In this document: positions 58,991 through 64,000 of the stretch, piece after piece
Numbering within the stretch: position 1 is the stretch's first letter
Layout: every line of letters starts with the position of its first letter
Assembly: GCA_964016885.1 (NCBI GenBank)
Contig: OZ024742.1
Span: 336,536,001-336,600,000, forward strand
Length of the DNA: 64,000 nucleotides
Direction: 5' to 3'
Origin: Eledone cirrhosa
Taxonomy: Eukaryota
Translations under genes and position numbers: made by a program
Notes under the pieces: generated by a model
Database searches by the model: none
Seen by the model: only the letters and a program-made list of their open reading frames with translations
Told to the model about the DNA's origin: nothing

Positions 58991-59522
58991 TTATTCGATG
59001 CAGAATTTTTGGAATGTTTTACATATTCCTTTAATGGATTGTACTTGTAATTTCCTAACTAGTCGCATTCTTTCTGTTTCTGTGAAGCCCAGCTTCTCAA
59101 GATTCGTATTGAGGCAGTTATTAACACATTCCAGTGCCTCAATAATCACAGGTATAAATCTGAAGGTGTAATCAGAGTGGAGTATCTGTAGATTCTCCAT
59201 TAGTTCTGCATAGATATTCTCCTTTTCGCTAATCTTTGATATTATATTGGCATCTGCTGGACAGCTAATTTCCACTACTGTGCATGGCTTCTTTTCCCTG
59301 ACCCATAACATTATCTCTGGTCTGTTATTCCTGCATTTTATGAGGTTTTTACTGGAACTTCCACCAGTACTCTTTCATATTATGTATATCTATGTCTTCC
59401 ACATTGCTGTAGCTTTTAATGTGTTCATTATCGGGGCTATCTTTTCTACGGATTGCATTGTACAGTGTTTTGGCCACTACATCATGCCTCATAGGTAGAT
59501 AGTACCGCGATGACATCTTTGG
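58991..59522 (-). mobile_element. 3' fragment of an RLE-type non-LTR element
   Basis: CPKMSSRYYLPMRHD-like, VEISCPAD, EKENIYAEL, FIPVII. Confidence 0.7.
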
Positions 59523-59656
59523 ATGTATGTATGTATGTATATATGTATGTATGTGTGTATGTATGTATGTGTGTGTGTATGTATGTATGTATGTGTGTGT
59601 GTATGTATGTATGTATGTATGTATGTATGTATGTATGTATGTATGTATGTATGTAT

Positions 59657-59734
59657 GGTCACCAGTTGGTGCTACTGGTAACATGTATCCCAGTACAACC
59701 TGTCTCATGGTCGTGTCGTTGGCGACTACACTGG
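59657..59734 (+). ncRNA. Candidate HDV-like self-cleaving ribozyme
   Basis: P1 GGTCA/TGGTC, J1/2 hairpin, P2 CCAGT/ACTGG, P4 TCG-TTGG-CGA, J4/2 CTAA in the 60321 copy (CTAC here); P3 not cleanly paired. Confidence 0.4.
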
Positions 59735-60262
59735 CAACCCCACCAAGGTTTCTTGGTGAGGAGGGTGACTTTGGACATCCTGCAGGACTAAAAACAAAAC
59801 CTGTCAAAGGGCAAAGGAGCTCTTAAGAGTCAGTGGCCATCCAAAATCACCGGGAGAGATGACCCCTTAGCCTTTGTCAAGGCAGAATTCTAGGAGAAGG
59901 AAAACTCTGATATAACACCTGCAACCCTGATGGTATCCAATGATGTTGACTTGTTCTTCTTTTTGGTAAATATCATCTTGGTCAAGAGAGTGGGACTGGC
60001 TTTGTGCAGTGCCTTTGCTCACTATAAAAGCTTCACGGCACAGGCATTGCTTTATATCTGGAGATCTCTCTGCACTTGTCGTCACATGGTACCAAGGGCC
60101 CAGCACTATGTGTCAATAATTGTCACAGGTGTAGTGTTTGTACCAGAGTTTTCAAGTTGCTGGCTGGACTAAAAAGTCAAACTCATTCAGCGCATTGGTA
60201 GGGGTTCTCCTACATGGATATAAAGTAGTGGCGGTACGCGAAAACGAGTTGGCAGCCACCAT
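59657..60262 (+). mobile_element. Longest (probably full-length) non-autonomous RTE-derived retroelement
   Basis: Extends ~195 nt further 5' than the copies at 9178, 16605 and 18672; (ATGT)n on both flanks. Confidence 0.88.
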
Positions 60263-60320
60263 GTATGTATGTATGTATGTATGTATGTATGTATGTATGT
60301 ATGTATGTATGTATGTATGT

Positions 60321-60897
60321 ATGTATCCCAGTACAACCTGTCTTATGGTCGGGTCGTTGGCGACTAAACTGGCAACCCCACAAAGGTTTCTTGGTGAGGA
60401 GGGTGACTTTGGACATCCTGCAGGACTAAAAAGAAAACCTGTCAAAGGGCAAAGGAGCTCTTAAGAGTCAATGGCCATCCAAAATCACCGGGAGAGATGA
60501 CCCCTTAGCCTTTGTCAAGGCAGAATTCTGGGAGAAGGAAAACTCTGATATAACACCTGCAACCCTGATGGTATCCAATGATGTTGACTTGTTCTTCTTT
60601 TTGGTAAATATCATCTTGGTTAAGAGAGTGGGACTGGCTTTGTGCAGTGCCTTTGCTCACTATAAAAGCTTCACGGCACAGGCATTGCTTTATATCTGGA
60701 GATCTCTCTGCACTTGTCGTCACATGGTACCATGGGCCCACCACTATATGTCAATAATTGTCACAAGTGTAGTGTTTGTACCAGAGTTTTCATGTCGCTG
60801 GCTGGACTAAAAAGTCACTCGTTCAACGCATCGGTAGGGGTTCTCCTACATGGATGTAAAGTAGTGGCCGTACTCGAAAACGAGTTGGCAGCCGCTA
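60321..60897 (+). mobile_element. Tandem second copy of the RTE-derived element
   Basis: Starts at the internal ATGTAT; (ATGT)n on both flanks. Confidence 0.88.
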
Positions 60898-61232
60898 TGT
60901 ATGTATGTATGTATGTATGTATGTATGTATGTATGTATGTATGTATGTATGTATGTATGTATGTATGTATGTATGTATGTATAGGCTTCATCTTTATCAA
61001 CAGCGATGACCCATTTTTCAAGAGAAACCTACGTGATTTGTGTAATCTTATATTAAAAAGCTACGGTAGAAATACAATAATTTTGCTCAAACAGAATGCA
61101 GGTAATCTGAATAGAGGGGAAGAAGTTATTGTGTGACACGGCGGATTACGGCTTTGCCGGATAGAAACGATAGACATAAACAATTGATACTGACACGCAC
61201 AAATTATATTCACAAACCAATACACACACACA

Positions 61233-61324
<92 letters not shown>

Positions 61325-61404
61325 AAGAGACACACATGCACACACGCACGTATATATATATATATACACATATATATATATTCATATATATATTCATATA
61401 TATA

Positions 61405-61454
<50 letters not shown>

Positions 61455-62835
61455 TATAATATATAAGATCAAAAGATGGTTAAAAGAGTTCCATGTATTT
61501 TATTATGCGCATTTCAAAAACAAATATCATCATGCAGTAATATTTGTGTTTTCATCAGATAAAATATGAAGGTTAAAAAACACTTGTGAATAGTGCAGTT
61601 TTAAATCAACATATGAAAATTAGTTTTAGATTGATGTGTGATATTGGGAAAAAAAATTTTGAGGGGTGGGAGGTTGGAAAGGATGAAAAAGAGGAGGAGA
61701 TGAGAGTAAAAAGTGGAAGGGGAGGAGTATAATGAGGAAGGATGAGATAGGAGGTGAGATGGGTGATAGAGAGAGAGAGATAGCTTTTATAACTGAGAAA
61801 AATATATTGTTTTACATAGAGAGGTTGAAAAACCGTTGGAAGATAATGTATAAATTAAAAGAATTTGAAAATTAACGAAGAGACAAAAAAAATAATGTAA
61901 AGTTAAGGTTTGTATATTGAAGGGTTTAATAATATGGGCGATGAAAAAGAAAATGTTAATATGTATTAAGAATAATATTTAAGGGTTTAATAATATGTGC
62001 GATGGAAAGAAAATGTTAATATGTATTAAGAATAATATTTAAGGGTTTAATAATATGTGCGATGGAAAGAAAATGTTGATATGTATTATTAAAAAAACAA
62101 CAAGTAATGTAAGTAAGGATATATTGTGACATGAGCATGAGTAAGTTAGATGAAAGGGAGAAAAAAATAATGAATTGAGGATGAATAATCTAACGTCAAA
62201 AAATATGTCTAAAGGATTTTTGCGAAGGATTTTTTCAAGGTGATATAAGATAAGAATATATTGTATTGTGTAATAATTGTTTCAATGTTAGGCACAGTGA
62301 GAAAAGGTACAGATTAGGGGTTAGAAATTAAAAGAAAAAGAAAAGAAAAGGAAAAGGAAGAAGGGGAAGTGATAAATAGGAGTGATATAGAATGAGTAAC
62401 AAGTATTATATAATGTATAATAAATAACTTTGAAATAAGGTAGAAAGATGGGTATATTTTTAAAGAAGTATATATATATATATATGTGCTTTTGAGAAAA
62501 GGATTCTAAATTGATAAAGTATTGGATATTAGCTGTATACTTTGTGGAAAGTTCTGTGGAATTTATGCAAGCAGAGAGAAAACAAGTCAGTGCGTCTATT
62601 TATTATAGAATCTAAATTAGATATAATGGTAAATTTTTCATTTAGACAGAGATTGCAAGTCTTGGATAGAGAACTGTTCGAAGCATACTAAAATGCGCAT
62701 AATAAAATACATGGAACTCTTTTAACCATCTTTTGATCTTATATATTATGTATACTCCAGTCCTACAAACTGTAGAGTGCTTCTTATCCGATATCTGCAT
62801 TGCTTTATTGTACTACAATAAAACTCACCTCCTAC
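61455..62835 (-). mobile_element. 5'-truncated Nematis-like PLE with short inverted arm and tail; hammerhead at 61496-61566
   Basis: ORF end KTCNLCLNEKFTII...INRRTDLFSLCLHK (62530-62690); arms 61455-61514 and 62691-62749; TATTTTAT-CTGATGA-long stem II-GAAA-TGCGCA-TA-ATAAAATA. Confidence 0.88.
61920..62090. repeat. ~60-bp tandem repeat, three copies, inside the PLE 3' UTR
   Basis: AAGGGTTTAATAATATG.GCGATG.AAAGAAAATGTT.ATATGTATT repeated three times. Confidence 0.9.
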
Positions 62836-62894
62836 ATATATATACATATATATACATATATATATATATATACATATATATACATATATATATA

Positions 62895-62984
<90 letters not shown>

Positions 62985-63068
62985 AATACACATATATACA
63001 CTCTCCTGAGCGTGAATCTAATAAACATTTGTCGTACTGCCTCTCTGTTCTGTCCCTGTTCAATTTTT

Positions 63069-63118
<50 letters not shown>

Positions 63119-63312
63119 GTTATATAGTTGTTATATAGTAAGGTGCAATATTGGTTGTGTAAAAAGGTCCAATAACTTTATGTTAGCAATATTAAGTTCT
63201 CCACGCTTTTGTATATCTCCAATTCCATTCAAGGGAACAGTTAGATGATGTAAAACGGAGTATAAGTATCAAAATGAAAATCCGAAGTCAAGGTAAAATT
63301 CCAATTATTTAA

Positions 63313-63386
63313 TCACGACACATGTTTCAATAAGAGATAGATCGATTGTGAAGCCACGATCGATTATCACTGATCTCATCAGGTGA
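63313..63386 (-). ncRNA. Type I hammerhead ribozyme
   Basis: TCAC-CTGATGA-long stem II (ATCGATCGTG-GCTT-CACAATCGAT)-GAAA-CATGTG-TC-GTGA; runs 3' toward (TA)n at ~63115. Confidence 0.7.
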
Positions 63387-64000
63387 AAATGAATTGTCTT
63401 CAAATTTATTGATATGAGGGAGAAAAAACGATGTTTCCTCACATAATTCATTCCCTCATATGGAAACACACCAGTCAGGCAGAGATAAGGCGACTGCTAT
63501 TAGCTTAAATTGAGGTCACAAAAGTTTTCAGACTTCCATCGCTGCAAAAGACGCTGGACATCGAACAAATCCGTAGGGATGCAGTCAATTACAGTTAGAA
63601 GTGAGTGGATACAGACACACTCCACATCCGCATACATCCTTTGGGGGGGGGGGGGGGGCTGATTCGGATGTGTATATACCATTTACCATAACACACACTT
63701 GAAGATATTGATGTTACAATTGGATCTTTACACGTACAACAGAACACTGAACTGAACTTACTTGCGCGCACGCGCTTGTGTCTGTGTGTATGTGTGTGTA
63801 GCGTTGGTTAACCTAACATTTCCGATTTACATCATCAAATTGAGATTTGACCGACATAACTTCTGTTGCTTTACGAACTAACTTTTCGGTGATTGCTGTG
63901 TTGGTACATTCTTATATATGCTTTTTCTCGAATGTCGCTTCGGTGTGTGTTGGAGTGTGTGTGTACTCACCCACGCTAATTCTGCTGGTTTAATACTGTG

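Overview
AT-rich, microsatellite-saturated eukaryotic DNA, most consistent with a coleoid cephalopod (octopus-like) genome; this is inferred from the SINE family and (TA)n/(TACA)n density. The only host coding sequence I can support is one large exon (11796-12863, +) encoding S1-S6 and the C-tail of a Shaw/Kv3-like K+ channel with atypical S4 and S6 residues. The rest is mobile DNA: an RTE LINE with an intact ORF, its internally deleted non-autonomous relatives in (ATGT)n, about 15 tRNA-derived SINEs, R4/Dong-like and CR1-like LINE fragments, and hAT and Tc1/mariner remnants. The most striking signal is a set of at least ten families of Penelope-like (PLE) insertions lying in (TA)n. Many are head-to-head fold-backs in which only one arm carries a 3' tail, and most carry a minimal type I hammerhead ribozyme, including core variants (U3-A8 swap, C4, G4, long loop 2). 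A candidate HDV-like ribozyme begins at the 5' end of the longest RTE-derived element. All structures were paired by eye; no folding or database search was run, and coordinates may be off by a few bases.
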